Shown one piece after another: positions 34,591 to 47,859 of a stretch of 64,000 nucleotides of DNA; position 1 is the first letter of the stretch; every line of letters begins with the position of its first letter. The translations under genes were made by a program, and so were the position numbers. Below the pieces are notes generated by a model. The model was not told where the DNA came from, made no database searches, and worked only from the letters and a program-made list of their open reading frames with translations. This stretch comes from Callorhinchus milii (Eukaryota), in the NCBI RefSeq assembly GCF_018977255.1, contig NW_024704742.1, forward strand, positions 90,832,001 to 90,896,000, read 5' to 3'.

Positions 34591-35659
34591 GTGTGTATCA
34601 GATACCTGGTGGTTGACCACTCTTAACCGCTCCCCATCCCCTCCCACCCAAAAAAAATGTAGCCATTGGAAAACAAAACATACACAACATAAAAACTGAT
34701 GAGTTGAATGAAGAAATTCTTAAGAACATTGGAGACTGTGCATAGTGGGTGGAAAGATTCGCGGGTTGGGCATGGTATTTTGGAGGTAGTGGTCGGCGAG
34801 GGCAGTTCATCATAAGAAAGAAGAAAGCATTGCGGGTACTTTAATTAACCAGTAGAGGTTGGGTCTAATTGTGACAAGACTGTGAGATGACTGCAGCAAT
34901 GTGCTTCTGTGTGGTTTTACTTGTGAATGGCAGCCTTATAATGGGAATGCCATTCAGGGGTGGAAAAAAAACAAGTTTCTTTTTTTTTATTTGATGTCAT
35001 TGTAGGAATTGAATAGGCTGTTTTTATTCAGCAATGCTGAATGTAGGTGACATTCAATTACAGCAGTTCTTTTTAACTGCAGTGTCCAAGTAGCTGTGAT
35101 GTGCTATAGCTCTTAGCTCAGACAGCTCTGAGGAAAGCTTAACCTGAGGCTTTTTCGCTCAGCATGTAGGGAACATGTACAAAGCAGCCCTTCTGTAAGT
35201 GTATCATACAGTGCGAAGAAGGGACTTAAAAAAAACATTTTTATTTCCTGTCAGAGCTCAGTGACAGACTTGACAAGGGAAACACCAATGTTTCACAGGA
35301 GTCTCTTTACAAGGAGAGGTATCAGTCTCACTGGTACAGGAGCAGTACACTGAATAATACGAATTGCAAGATCATCTCCCTGCATTGGTCCAAAGAGCGC
35401 TTTGTGAAATTACTGATGAATGCAATTAAATTGATTAAAACCCACATTATTGTATGTAAGGGTTGGAGGTTTGTGTTTTATAAATGGAAAGGCTGACAGT
35501 CGAGCGTGAGGATGTCAGAGCCAAACTGAACACTTATGCGAGGTGTTCGTGCTGGAGATGACAGCATGTTCCACATTGCACTGCATTGTCAGAAAGGAGT
35601 GACGCTTGGAATTTTCCTTTATTGACCAGTGTTAAGAGAAAAAGTACTTTGTTTGAACT

Positions 35660-36552
35660 GTGATCGTAACATAAGAAGCTGGTTCTATTCTTGTATATTT
35701 TATTCTTCTCCACTGCCTTTCCTCTCAACTCTACCTTCACAGTTCTATCCTCGCCTGGTTTCCTTCTTGCCTACTACAACATCTTCACTTCATACCTGTC
35801 AATGGCTTCTCCACCCTTCCCCACATTGTCAAATGCAGCATTCCTTCTTCTCTTTAATATCTACATGCTCCTGCTCGGCGATGCCATCCACGGACCTGGG
35901 GTTAACTTCTACATGTATGCAGATGACACCCAACTCTATCTTTCTGTCTCCACCCTCGATTCCAGGACCACTGCTGTTCTGACTGATTGCCTGTCGGACA
36001 TCACATCCTGCAGGAGCTTGAACTTTCTCCAGTTGAATGTCAACAAGACATTTTGAAGCATCATTCTACATAGATGCACACTCCACCTCATGGAGCCAGT
36101 GTGAAACCTTGGTGGCTTGTTCAACTCTCAACTATCCTTTAAACCCCACATAAGTCCTTTAACCTGTTCAGCTTTCCCTCACCTCTGTAACATTGCCCTG
36201 AGTGTGCCATTATCTTTTCCCTCAGACCACAGAGAACCTTATCCAAGTTTTTATCATGTCCAGCCTGACTCTCCATCTCTCTGCTTGCCAGACTTCCCAA
36301 CGCTTCCTTCCACAAGCTGCAGACATTCCATTCCTGCATTGAGCTCTATGAGCCTATCACTCCTATCCTACCATCGACACTCCTATCCCACTTTCTGCCA
36401 TCACTCTCTGGAACTCCATCCACGCCTTCTATCACCCTACCTGCCCTCCACCTCCACCCCAAAGCCCAGTTCGGGTCCAAATTCCTAACTGTCCAGCACC
36501 TTGGGACGTCCTCCCGACATGAAAAGCGCTACACAAATGTAATTTGTTGTTG
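35660..36552 (+). mobile_element. Decayed L2 fragment (RT to 3' tail)
   Basis: LLFNIYMLLLGDAI..GVNFYMYADDTQLYLS..CLSDI..NFLQLNVNKT (ORF 35691-36056); tail GGGACGTCCTCCCGACATGAAAAGCGC...TTGTTGTTG. Confidence 0.9.
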
Positions 36553-37304
36553 CCTAGATCAAACATTGGATGTTGGTCTCTGGATCTCATTCTTTGTTTT
36601 TTGATATCACTCCTTAGTCCTATACCCAGCTCTCTGGGTTGCACCCTCAGGATCTTGATCTCTAAACTTCAATCCTGAATCTCACTCCCTAGCTTCTGTT
36701 AAATCTTTCTCCCTAGATCTCAGGTTAGAAGACCTGATATTGTCACTCCAGACGACTGTGGGTATGATTGGGGGATGTCCACTGGTCCTGCCATAAATCC
36801 TGATTTTGGGGAGCGACACCTAAATCTGATCTCACTAGAGTATTCATTTACTCTATTCACATTAAGTCATTAAATGATGGAGCAAGGGTTCTTTGAAGTT
36901 AATTTGTTTTTTATAACCGGATTTTCTTTAATTTGGGTGCTTCCAAACTATGCTGACTTATTGAATATGTTACGGCCCATTTCCTGAAAGACTGAAAAAA
37001 GCAGGGTTGAAGGTGGGAACAGTGGATGATACGGGGCTTTATTTCATGAAGCCGTTGCCCCTTTATAAGAGCTGCTCTGCCAGGATTGAGTTACAAGCAA
37101 TAACATTTTTTACCGTAGTCTCCACTTGCTGTCAATTCTGGCAACACTTAACCAATGCAGTTTATTGGAACGGTTTAAAGACTAAACCTGCTGTTGTAAC
37201 TTTCAGGTCTAGTCCCTATTATGACGCATCTCACTGCAATAAGCAGGCTTGGAACTTGGGACCCAGGGACTTCTTTACGGCTATTACTCATGTCACTGGT
37301 AGGA

Positions 37305-37612
37305 GAAGTAGACTGACATCCTCCTAACGTAAAAGGTGTTATACAAATGTAATTTGTTGTTGCTGTTGAGCAGAGGAGAGTTATTCTGAGTGGAGAATGA
37401 CAGTCAGTGCCAGTCTTTCCCCCATACTTTTGTGTAATGGTTTGTTTCCATCGCTCTGTCTGGCTGAGGACTGTGGCTTTTCAGGAACATTGGAGAGTAA
37501 TTTGTGATGCTCAAAGAAACTGGTGAGAAATGCTGGTTTATAACTCGAGTTTAGCGCTCCAATATGCTACCACGCGTGGAGGGAGCGATATAAATGCTAG
37601 TTGTTGTTGGTG
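37305..37612 (+). mobile_element. Two short L2 tail fragments (about 37305-37367 and 37548-37612)
   Basis: TACAAATGTAATTTGTTGTTG and GATATAAATGCTAGTTGTTGTTG termini. Confidence 0.65.
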
Positions 37613-38896
37613 TTAAATTTTGATGTGCTTCCTGAAGTGTGTAAAAAGGCCAGACAGCAAAGTGCCACCTGCCCCCGGCTGACTGTTTCCATTGGTCGCC
37701 TTTTTTTGCAGATTTGTGACCACATCTGGAAATCGACACAAACAGTTGTTCAAATTTTGCAAATTAAATGGAAGTCACGCTTAGCACTTCCCCTTTGAAA
37801 ACATCATGTTAGGTCCCATTCTTGCCCCAGGATAGAAAAGCCTGTCAGATTAGAGTTATGTCGCACTCTGCCAAAGTTCTTATTCATACAGCACCCGCTC
37901 AGAGCGACCGTTCAATCTGCAGAGCCCAACATACCGGAGGTTGACTGGAGCGTGCGTTTTGGAGCTATCTGTTGTCGACTGTTCTGAACACAGAGTGATA
38001 CCATTGATTTATACAATACAATACCAATTTACATTTATGAAGTGGCTTTAACATTGGGAGGATGTCCCAAAGTGCTGGGGACAGGACAGGACTACCCTAT
38101 TGTAAAGAGGTAGTGTGGAGAGTGTCCATAAAATGACAGTTCGCTTTATAATGGGGCTCGCTCAGGCATGGCTACCAGATATCACTCCTGGGTTGTGAAG
38201 CCATCCATCACATGACCTTAGTGATGTCTGCGCAGATCGCCATTTGAAGACTGCTAATATATTAATTTTCAGGTAACAAAATGTTGGGGTCCACAGCTCT
38301 TTATAGCTAATACTCTCCAGAGAGGGAGCGTCCTTCTTGGGAGAGACTGAACATTCCATTCCGCACGCATGGAAATTCCCACTGTATACATACGTGGAAC
38401 TCTATCTGGTTTAGATGAGTTAAGCACGGTGATGGGTTTCCACAAGTGTCAAACATCCGGCTGACCTATGAGCAATGGTAACGGAAGATCAAACTCTGAG
38501 TCGGGTCTGAGCAGATCCGGAGCTGGGAAAGCCTGTGATTTACAATCCAGTTACCCCCAGAGAGAAACCAGTAGTATAACAGCGATAAGGCACTACTTAG
38601 ATGGAGATTATCATACTATCAACATATAAAAAGAGTTACCCCCCCTTGCCCGCCTCAACTCATTGTTTCATGCCTGCTCTTCCTGCAGTACGCTCAGCGT
38701 GACAAACTACAAGTACTTTGGAATGGATAACAAAGCTTCCTAAGTGGTCATTATTTAATGACACTACGTGGTAAGAAGTGTAATTATAGGCTGCACGGCA
38801 GGGGGGGAGCAGGGATTGAAAGGATATTGAGTTGAGAGAGGCGGGCCCTCCTGTTGTGCCGCTGATTAGTCTGCCAGTGTAAACAGGGCTCTCAAA

Positions 38897-38957
38897 ATGA
38901 GCACTAAAAACAATCCGGAGAAAACAGTTTGGAAGCCGTGTCTGCTATTATTGGAAG
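38897..38957 (+). CDS. Candidate alternative first coding exon (20 codons, phase 1)
   Basis: AAAATGA start context, MSTKNNPEKTVWKPCLLLLE, donor AAG|GTAAAC, within a repeat-free block. Confidence 0.25.
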
Positions 38958-39169
38958 GTAAACACAGTACAATGGTGAGGATGCTCATACAAAGGCATGC
39001 ACTGAAAGAGTCAGGGAATATACTGTTACTACCTCCCTCTGCCAACTGACATTGAATGTGGGGAGATTTTCCCGCTCACTCGCACCCTGCTACTGAATCC
39101 TGGTTGTTTCAAACCCTTCGGTAAGCTGATTATTTTTAACATTTCCGTACAGCCTGTATCTTGCAAGAT

Positions 39170-39375
39170 AAACCCATTCTCTGGAGCTCTGTCCTGGAGT
39201 CCCTCCAAGTCTCCCCATCCTCCCCATGTTCAAAACCCGTCTCAAAACATTGTGCCTTTCACCACCATTCGCTTTCCCAAACTCGTCACTTCTCCATTGC
39301 CCCCACCAACGCACTAACCAATGATGTGAAGAGCCTTGAGACATCCTCCTATAAAAATGTGTCATGAATTGTATT
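39170..39375 (+). mobile_element. L2 3' fragment
   Basis: CTCTGGAGCTCT...TTCAAAACCCGTCTCAAAAC...CCTTGAGACATCCTCC. Confidence 0.65.
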
Positions 39376-39939
39376 GTAAATGCTCATTTGCCATCAAAAG
39401 AACAACTTCAAAAACAGCTGTGTGTTGCACTGACCGTAAGCTTTGGGGTCCCACGTAAGGAGAAGCAGACAGCGATCCAAATGGTATGACACCATGGCCA
39501 TTAGTGTAAGAGTGTGACAGCCTGACTGTAGTAATGACATAAAGTGAAATAAATTGTAGATTGCTGATTGATTATACCTGGCGGCTGTGTTATTGATATT
39601 CATTGTGTGGAATAGAATATTCAATATTTACTACTCTGTTTCCAGTCTTCTATTTAATGCACTGGCAGTGGTCAGTTCCTATCTGTCACGTGGCACCCAA
39701 TTTCCTTCCTGGCAATATTCACAGAGAGTAGACCAAACAGACAGAAAGTTGTGCTGCTGACGGTGGAGTGTGGAATGAAACGGTTTCTACATTACCCATC
39801 ACCCAATGGGTAATTACCAATAGAAGCCACTGATCTAATGATGCCATCATCAATAGGAGTAAATTGTGCAGACTCTTGTGGCCTTTACTCACCTATTAAA
39901 GACAATTACAAAGCAGCATAGATATGGCACCTGAGTAGT

Positions 39940-40660
39940 CACAAGATCACAGGGGAAGTTTGGATGAAGAAGACCCTTCAGTCCATTTGATCTCATCCTT
40001 CCCGTGTGTCAGGCTGGCTCAGTTGGAAGTGTCAGAAAATTATGGGTTCAAGCCTCATGTTGGGACTTTGAATCCATATAGTGTATGTTGATACTCCAGG
40101 GCCTCGCTGGAGGTGTGCTGCATTGCTGGAGATCCTGTCCTTTGGATGAGATGTCAGATCGAGGTCCTACCTGCCTGTTCAGGTGGATGTTAAAGATCCC
40201 ATAGCACTATTCAAAAAGAGAAGGGAATTACTCCCGGTGTCCTGGCCAACAACCCTACAAATAATATTGGTCACTTATTCATGGTGACATTGCTATGTGC
40301 AAATTGGCTGCCCCATTTGCCCACAAAATACAGAATCACACCATTTATAGTATATCTTGAAATGGTTCAATGACATGAAAAGGTACTATATCAAATACAA
40401 GATTATTGTCCTACCCACAATTCCCATCTGACCAAGACAGCATCAAGCTGTTTTTTTTAAATGAGTCCAATGTCCTCGCCTCAATCATCCTTCACTGTAA
40501 CCTGCTACCGTCATTAATTACCCTCCAGGTAAAGAAACACTTCTTGTCTATCCTGAAATTGCCCTTTGCAGCCCTAACCCTGTGGCCTCTTGTTCTGCTG
40601 TCTCCATGCATCCGACAGTATTGTTCTGGGTTTACTTTCTCAATCCTATTTAAAATGTAG
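39940..40660 (-). mobile_element. CR1 LINE 3' fragment split by a SINE
   Basis: ORF 40492-40692 gives RTRGHRVR..FRIDKKCFFTWRVINDGSRL, a degenerate form of the CR1 ORF2 C-terminal TRGH...FF..RV...WN.L motif. Confidence 0.8.
40004..40408 (+). mobile_element. Full-length old Deu-SINE
   Basis: GTGTGTCAGGCTGGCTCAGTTGG...GTTCAGGTGGATGTTAAAGATCCCATAGCACTATTC...AAATACAAGATTATT. Confidence 0.9.
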
Positions 40661-40984
40661 TGACATTGGAGTATTGTATCCTGTCTTATCAAATTTCTTA
40701 GATTTCAACGTAACAGAAAGAAATATAATAAGGCTGGGAAATGTTGGGAGCTCCTAAATATCAGCTACGGGTTTTGGAGCAGAGCATTTCTAATATACAC
40801 AAATCTGGTAATAACAATATAAACATTATTTGGGTGTGAACACAGTTCAGGCTCTGATAAGCCTCCACGTCAAGTAAAGCACCCTGGGCTCACACAGATA
40901 TTTATCAGTTGACATGGTAGCACATTGGAAAGTGCATATCAACATGCATTGCCACAGTACAGGGCTACTAATAATACAGAGATA

Positions 40985-41163
40985 ATAATAATTTGGTCAC
41001 TCAATCCACAAACGTTTGTGGGACACTGCTGTGTGCAATTGGCTGCCGTGTTTCGACCACAAAATATCCAGTCAATTCATAATACAGTATATTCTGTGAA
41101 GCGCTTTGAAACGAATCGAAAATGTGATAAGGCGCTATATCAATTGCAAGGATTATTATTATA
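40985..41163 (+). mobile_element. SINE 3' half
   Basis: GTGGGACACTGCTGTGTGCAATTGGCTGCC...GCAAGGATTATTATTA. Confidence 0.88.
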
Positions 41164-42547
41164 ACTTAGACATGTTTACACCCTGCTTGTGCAACCCTGA
41201 AAACTGTGGAGGGGAAGAGAGAAAAAGAACATAAATATGAGGCAATTCTGTTGTTTTCCCCCAAATGACATTTATTTATTAGATCCACTCGTGGATCCAT
41301 TCAGCATATCTGTGTCTGGCACAAAAAGACCTTGACAGCAGCACAAATGTAATAAATTGGACGCACTGTGTCATCTGGTCGCTGGCTGCTAGGAGTTATC
41401 AGGCATGTAATTATAACCACATGTACGACTATTTTCCACATAATCTACATTAACATGTATGCAAGACAAGCCAGCGGATTAGCCATCAATTTCCCCTCTA
41501 AGAATGATGTGTCCCGGAAAAGTCAGCGTTCCTTGTGGCTTTTTTTAATGGATGTTTGGAAAACTGTAAGGAAAGGCTCTTTTCCCAGAGATTGTCGAGG
41601 TTCAGCGACAAGAAAACAAAAGGATCGGTCGGGCCTTGCTGCTTAGTTACAAAGACATCCTTCAGCAGTGCTCCAGCCCCAGTGACGGACGTCAGTCATT
41701 GGACGTACTCACTGAAGCGATGACTATTGCACTGAGCATGGGGTGGGGTGAGGGGGAATGGGGATAATGAGGGGAGAGGGGAGGGTTTGGGTGTTAAGGT
41801 CTGCAACCTGAAACCGCTAAGCAGTACTTCATAACGTTTCTTCCTGCAGCACTTAGAGACTTGTTGTGGCAGTGACTTTCCCTGAGCTCAGGAGTCACTG
41901 TATTAGGTTGAGGTTTCTGGGCTGACTTTTCCAGCTCTGATTCTGAATAAAGTCTCACTGACCCCCGACACCCCACACAATTAAGAACATCATTCTCCCT
42001 TTCATTCCATGTTTTATGTGTCACTCTGTTTTTTCCTTTGTCCTATCTCTCACTTCCCAGCCCATCTCAGCCTACCTTTATAACTGATAATTGCATGTTT
42101 TCTGTTCAAGCAATAAAAGAACTTGTAATTAAATCTTTTTTTGATATGTTGCGGCCATATTTTAAACAGAACACCCTAAAAAGTAAGGGATGTAATACTT
42201 CAGCCAGCTTAGACCATTCTACTTGTGAGGCTCTGGTATTCCAGGGTTAATAGGAGCTGAGAGGGATGACTCCCTATCCCCAGTGACTGGTCTGTCCTTC
42301 CAGGTCCTGCCAATGAGCAGTGCTGTCATCATCAGTGCCGTGGAATACTGTATTACTAGTTTTTCTTTCTTTTAATGATGAACTGCTTCACCATTGGTGG
42401 CTGAGCCTTCGGGTAAAACCATATCCAAGGCATTGTGAGTTTGGCATAACCATTATACCTAAAAAGGGTATGTGCAAAATGTATCTATTCTAGTTTACAG
42501 CCATGAAACTATTTTTCAGAATTTACGGTGTGACCGTTCAAGCCATT

Positions 42548-43150
42548 ATGAACATAGGAACATGAGGAGGCCATTCAGCCCTTCAAGCCTCTTCCACCAT
42601 TTAATTAGACCATGGCTGATCTGTACTTCAACTAAACTTTTCAATTCCAATTTCCCGCTTTCTCTCTTCGTGGAGTCCTGTAGCTCAGTGGTTAGAGCAC
42701 TCACTTTGCAAGCAAAAGACCTGAGTTCAATTCCAGGCAGGCGAAACCTTGGGCAAGTTTCCTTACTCCACACGCCTAATAATAATCCCTCCAAAACCCA
42801 AAACAATAATAAATTGGTCATTTTCAATCTACGACTGTTTGTGGGACATTGCTGTGCCAATTGGCTGCCGCGTTCGCCCACAAATAAACAGTCAATTCAC
42901 TTTACAGTGTGTTCTGTGAAGCGCTTTGGGACGTCCTCCCGACGTGAAAAGCGCTATATCAAATGCAAGGATTATTATTATTATATCCCTTTATACCCTG
43001 ACCTACCAAAAATCTAACAACCTCACTCTTGAAGGTGTGGATGGATCCAACATCCACTGCCTTTTGGGGCAGAGAATTCTAGATTTCTACCACCCTTTGA
43101 GTGAAAAAATGCTTCCTGATTTCACTCTTAAATGGCCTGGTACTAGTTTT
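42548..43150 (-). mobile_element. CR1 3' end split by a young SINE
   Basis: GAACATAGGAACATGAGGAGGCCATTCAGCCC terminus; resumes GGGCAGAGAATTCTAGATTTCTACCACCCTTTGAGTGAAAAAATGC. Confidence 0.82.
42670..42984 (+). mobile_element. Young tRNA(Ala)-like SINE, full length
   Basis: A and B boxes, Deu-type 3' body, tail GCGCTTTGGGACGTCCTCCCGACGTGAAAAGCGC and (ATT)n. Confidence 0.95.
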
Positions 43151-44914
43151 AAGACTATGCATTGATTCATTCCCCTCTGTACCCTGGAAGTCATTTCCAA
43201 AACCACTTTGCTTCTGCCTCTCTTGTCGCCTTCAAAATCCGCCTTATAAACCTATCTATTTTAACATGCCTTTGGTCAACATGCCTTTAAATCTGACACG
43301 TCGTTGCTGGGTGCCCACCACCCTATTTGTCAAACACTTTGAGACGAACATTCCTTTTTGCAAAACGCACTACATACCTGCAGGTGGTGGTGGTGTTTTT
43401 TGATTCTGACCCTCTTGAATTGGTGGCAATGGACCGCCTGAATCATTAGCTCTCCTTGATGGATCTCAGTGAATGTTGACGATACCTGTGGCTGACTAGT
43501 GTCTCTGTATGTGTGTGTGTGTGTGAGACAGATCATTTGCAGCTTGTTTTTTGTTATAATTACAGCATGTTCCTTGCTCTTTGTCCCTCCGATCCCTTGT
43601 TAAAATGCCCAGTTTGACGTGAGTGCGCACTGTATTAGTTTGTGTGATTTATTGACTGACTAATAGCTGTAGGGTATGACTCTCTGTTGCACCTCAGCAC
43701 TGTGTGAGGTGTCTCCGTGCCCACTTTTCCAAGCAGAGCAGAAGACAGCAGCAGCTGCTGGGAGCAGATCAGTTGAGAGGTGCTGAGACTCGCCTGAAAA
43801 CATGTCAGGCTTACAGGTTTGTTGTTTTACACTGAGGGTGCAGCCATAGTCTAAAAGTATTGATTCTTTTCTTGTACAAAGACAGAAACTGTCAGCGCAG
43901 CAGCCTGACCTTGGTACAGCTTAGACAACTATTCCCCACCCAGACTGTGAGACAAATCCCGCAGGACAACTGCATGCAAGAGATGCCGTTGTCCATTTCA
44001 CACAGAAAACACTGCAAGCCTCATCTGAATCCTCAGAGGACGACGGCAGTGGTTGTGTGTCATGTCCACAGAAATGACAAGGCTTCAGTTTTACAGGGAA
44101 TACTCAGGGAAGGAAAAAACAATGCCTGAGACTTTCAAACTTCTTTCTCGTTTTTTTTGCTCAAGTCTCTTTGTGAGACCTTGCTGTATGCCAAAATGGC
44201 TGCTGCGTATGTCTGCAGAAACAAACGGCTCATTCAATCCATCTCGTCTCGTCGTCCAGGCCCTCTGCAATTCTGCTCAGACTGTATTTCACCTTTTTAT
44301 TCCCCTTCTCAAATCCACATTTCTCCAATTCCCTTTTCAATGTTGTGACCAAATCGGTGTTTTCTGCTCTACCTGGGGGTCATAAAAGAGCTATAAAAGA
44401 GCTGTTTTGAGAAACCCTCAAATATGTGCATTTCTGTAGCTTTGGCGATTTTATATATAAAGGCATATAAAAACACATCTGGCCTTGGAGATGCATTCAG
44501 GGCCAGATATCTTTTTGGCCTGCATTGTAAACGTAGGGTCTAATTCAGAAAATGTGGTGTATGTAGGACAAAGTAGTGTGATCTTAGACAGATTGAAAGA
44601 ATAGAAATCTGTATAAGGTCATGAATAACGTACAATATTACTTTCTCGTATTGAATATTTGACCGCGTTCTTGATGCTTTATTCCTGGAATGTACAAGTG
44701 AACTGATAAGATCTAATAATTACAACATTTAGTGGTGAATCAGCAGAACTGTGAGACAATGATCTGCAGAGAGGCTTCTCCAAAAACTCATTAGCCATTT
44801 CAACAAATTAGTGACCAGTGCACTGTTCAGACCAGGTTATCCTGATAGTTTTGTCTCAGCCAAGATCCTATTATCAACTATCTAGAATTTAAATAGTGTT
44901 TTAAATAATCATAA

Positions 44915-45085
44915 AAATTAGTCTTATATTTGATATTGCACCTTATCACGTCATTGAAACATATAGTGCTGTGCAAGAATTACTTTAGGAAGTAGCAGGT
45001 GTATTTCAAAGGTGAATGCAACAGCCAATTTGTGCACAGTAATGTCCCACAAACAGATATGAAGCGAATGACTTATTAAAATATC
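44915..45085 (-). mobile_element. Deu-SINE 3' fragment
   Basis: CAGCCAATTTGTGCACAGTAATGTCCCACAAACAG. Confidence 0.75.
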
Positions 45086-45219
45086 TGACTGTGGTCGATT
45101 GCAGATATTCTTTACGGATTTTGTGGGGGTGGACTGTGTCACAGTGAGTGTACAGGAAGGTATGGTTTAGGTAAGTATTTGTCTCAGGTGCTGTCTAATT
45201 AGAGTAACATTATACTAGC

Positions 45220-46050
45220 ATAGAAAGCTTCGGAAGCCAGGGACAGGAAGAGGCCATTCAGCCCAGCATGCCTATACCACCAGTATATTAGATTTTGACA
45301 GATATTTGATTCCAATCATTTTTAATCGCTGTCCTTTCGCCATACCTCTCAATACCGCACCTCCCCAAATATCTGTCATCTCCCTTTTAAAAATCTCGGA
45401 GAATTCCACATCTTCACAACCCTCTGTGTGAAGAAATGCTTCCTGACCTCAGTTCTATCTGTCCTTGTTCTGATTCTTGTTCTGACCTTATTCTAATCTC
45501 AGTCCTAACTGCTCCTTGTTCGCTAGAGCAGAGATATTTAAGGAGGGGACCTAATAGAGGTGTTTTAACATTTTTAAAGAGTTCGATAAAGTTAACATAC
45601 TGAGAAGGCTGTTTCCACTGGTTAGGAAGTCTGTAACCAGGAGATATAAGTATAGGATAGCTACAAGGGGATTTTAAAGAGAATATAGGATAAACTACTT
45701 CATGTTGTATAGTGAGATTGTGGAAAACGCTGCCTGAAGCGATGGTTGAATCCGTTGGTCTAGATGCATTCAAGAGGAAGCTAGACCTTCATATAAGAGA
45801 GAGTGGAGTAGAAGGATATGGGAGTGAGTAGGGAATAAGCGAAGACTCGTGTGGAGTGTAAACACTGTGCTGTACACTTTTTGTAAATATTTGATCTTAA
45901 AGCTATGCCCTCTTGTAATGGATCCCTTAACCAGAGTGAAGAGACGTCCACTGTCTAACCTGTCAATCCCTTTCATTATTTAAAATACCTCAATCAAGTT
46001 ACGCCTTAAGATCCTCTGGTATAATAATCCCAGTCTCATTTACCTAGTGT
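45220..46050 (-). mobile_element. CR1 3' fragment containing an antisense CR1 (about 45525-45880, + strand)
   Basis: Minus ORF 45770-45976 MKGIDRLDSGRLFTLVKGSITRGHSFKIK; the plus segment encodes GDLIEVF-like and RLFPLV..SVTR motifs. Confidence 0.8.
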
Positions 46051-46334
46051 CTCTGAGGCGGGTCTGTGTGGAATGCATTTGATCCAGATTACTAACGTAG
46101 AACTCTTCTTCAGAATTTTCTGTATCGCTTATTTAAGTGGAGATGTAGAGGATGTGTGCAGAAAACAGCTTCACATTCTTAACTAATACTGTTTATCAAA
46201 GTACCAGCCAACTCTCCCTCCGTTCCTTCCCTTCCTTCCAGTCAGATAACCCACTTACAGTTTGCAAATTTCTTGGGAGACAAATGTATAAAGCAGCGTA
46301 CTCAAATACTGCAGCTCATTTTTTTAAAAAAAAA

Positions 46335-46712
46335 CGAGGAGCATAAATATAAGGCAGCCAGGAGCGCATCTGAAAGGGAGTTTAGGGGGAACTTCTTCAC
46401 GTAGAGAGTGGTGAGAATATGGAACTCATTGTCAGAAGTTGTGATTGAAGCAAATAGGGTCAATGAATTGAAGAGAAAACTTGATTTGTAATAAAAAATA
46501 ATAATAATCCTTGCATTTGAAATAGCGCCTTATCACGTCTTCCAGACAACTCAAAGCACTTCACAGAATATACTGTAAAGTGAGTTGACTGAAGATTTTT
46601 TGTGTGGGCGAACATTTATACACGAGGGAGAAGGGAATAAAGGGGATTAGCGGACTAGTTGGGCAGAATGGGTTGTTTCTGTATTGTATGTAATGTTCTG
46701 TGTAATTCTATG
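46335..46712 (+). mobile_element. CR1 3' end interrupted by a minus-strand SINE tail (about 46497-46612)
   Basis: AACTTCTTCACGTAGAGAGTGGTGAGAATATGGAAC (FF..RVVRIWN) and TTCTATG tail. Confidence 0.8.
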
Positions 46713-47344
46713 ATAGAGCATCTTATCTCACCAGGGCACACAGGGACATCTATAAGGTGCTCTAATGTGGGAACCAATACGTGGCACCTGCAATGTAAAC
46801 AGCACTTTGCCCGTGGAACTCCGGCTGTGATGCGAGACCTCAACTTGGTCCTGAGATGGGCCGGCAGGCAGTGTACTTGAACAGTATGGGCATTAAGAAA
46901 TATAGAGAAAAGGTGAGAAAATGGCATGAAGAGGTCTGCCAGTGATCTAATAAAATAGTTGATCAGACTCGACAGGCTGAATGGCTTGTTCCTACCATCC
47001 ATCTCATACATTGTTAGATACCTATATATTTCTCCTATACGTGGCTCTTTGTCTGGAAACAATAATACACAAACGGGGGAGAAGAAAAGACAATGAATAA
47101 AAGATGCTAGACAGCTAACGTCAGCATTACCTTTGATTTCTCCACCTCCCCTCCCTCCCCTTCTCATCTCAATTGACCATGTTGGTTAGATTTGAAATTC
47201 TGCCTCTGAAAGACAAGAACGGCTTAAGACACCATTGACTATTGATGTACAGAGGTGTGTTTCTGCCCTGTTTCCAATACTCTGCCAAATGATACTGACT
47301 GTTTTTGCCATGCATGATACGGTGCGGGTGTGGGGGTGGGGAGT

Positions 47345-47670
47345 ACAACAACAATTTGCACTTATATAGTGCCCTCCATGCAGGGTAGCGTCTCAGAGCA
47401 CTTAACAGTGGCAGAGCCTGAATCCGAGCTGAGGGGGTGGGGGGGAGGTAGCCATAAGTACGGTCGAAGAGTAAGGTTTTCATGCAGGACTTGAAAAAGA
47501 GGAGAGAGGGGGCAAGTGGAGGGATTGGGGGAAGTGTTCCAGAGTTTCGGGGTGTAGTAGCTGAAAGCACGACCCCCGATGGTGGGGCAGAGGATGCGAG
47601 GGATGAGTAGGAGGCGGTGCCAGTCGAGTGGAGAAACGTATGTGCAGTAGGAGTGAGGAGAAACTTCGAG
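47345..47670 (-). mobile_element. L2 3' fragment
   Basis: ORF 47362-47682 contains TIGGRAFSYYTPKLWN; (AAC)n tail. Confidence 0.88.
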
Positions 47671-47859
47671 ATATACATCCACGTCAATCCAAAGTACTGA
47701 ATACTGCCATGATGGCTTAATTGTTTCTTTTTATCTTCTTATTGTCCCTTTTTATATCTCCGTGCCTCTGCACGTTCCAGGTTTCACTCCTGTCTGTCCC
47801 TGTGTCGCTACTATGTCTCTACTAACATATTCTCCCTGAGGTCACCTACAATGTTTCTC

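Noticed and set aside
42472..43017. 181-aa ORF with paralogous peptides at 14892 and 13789
   Set aside because: These are translations of SINE copies, not a gene family.
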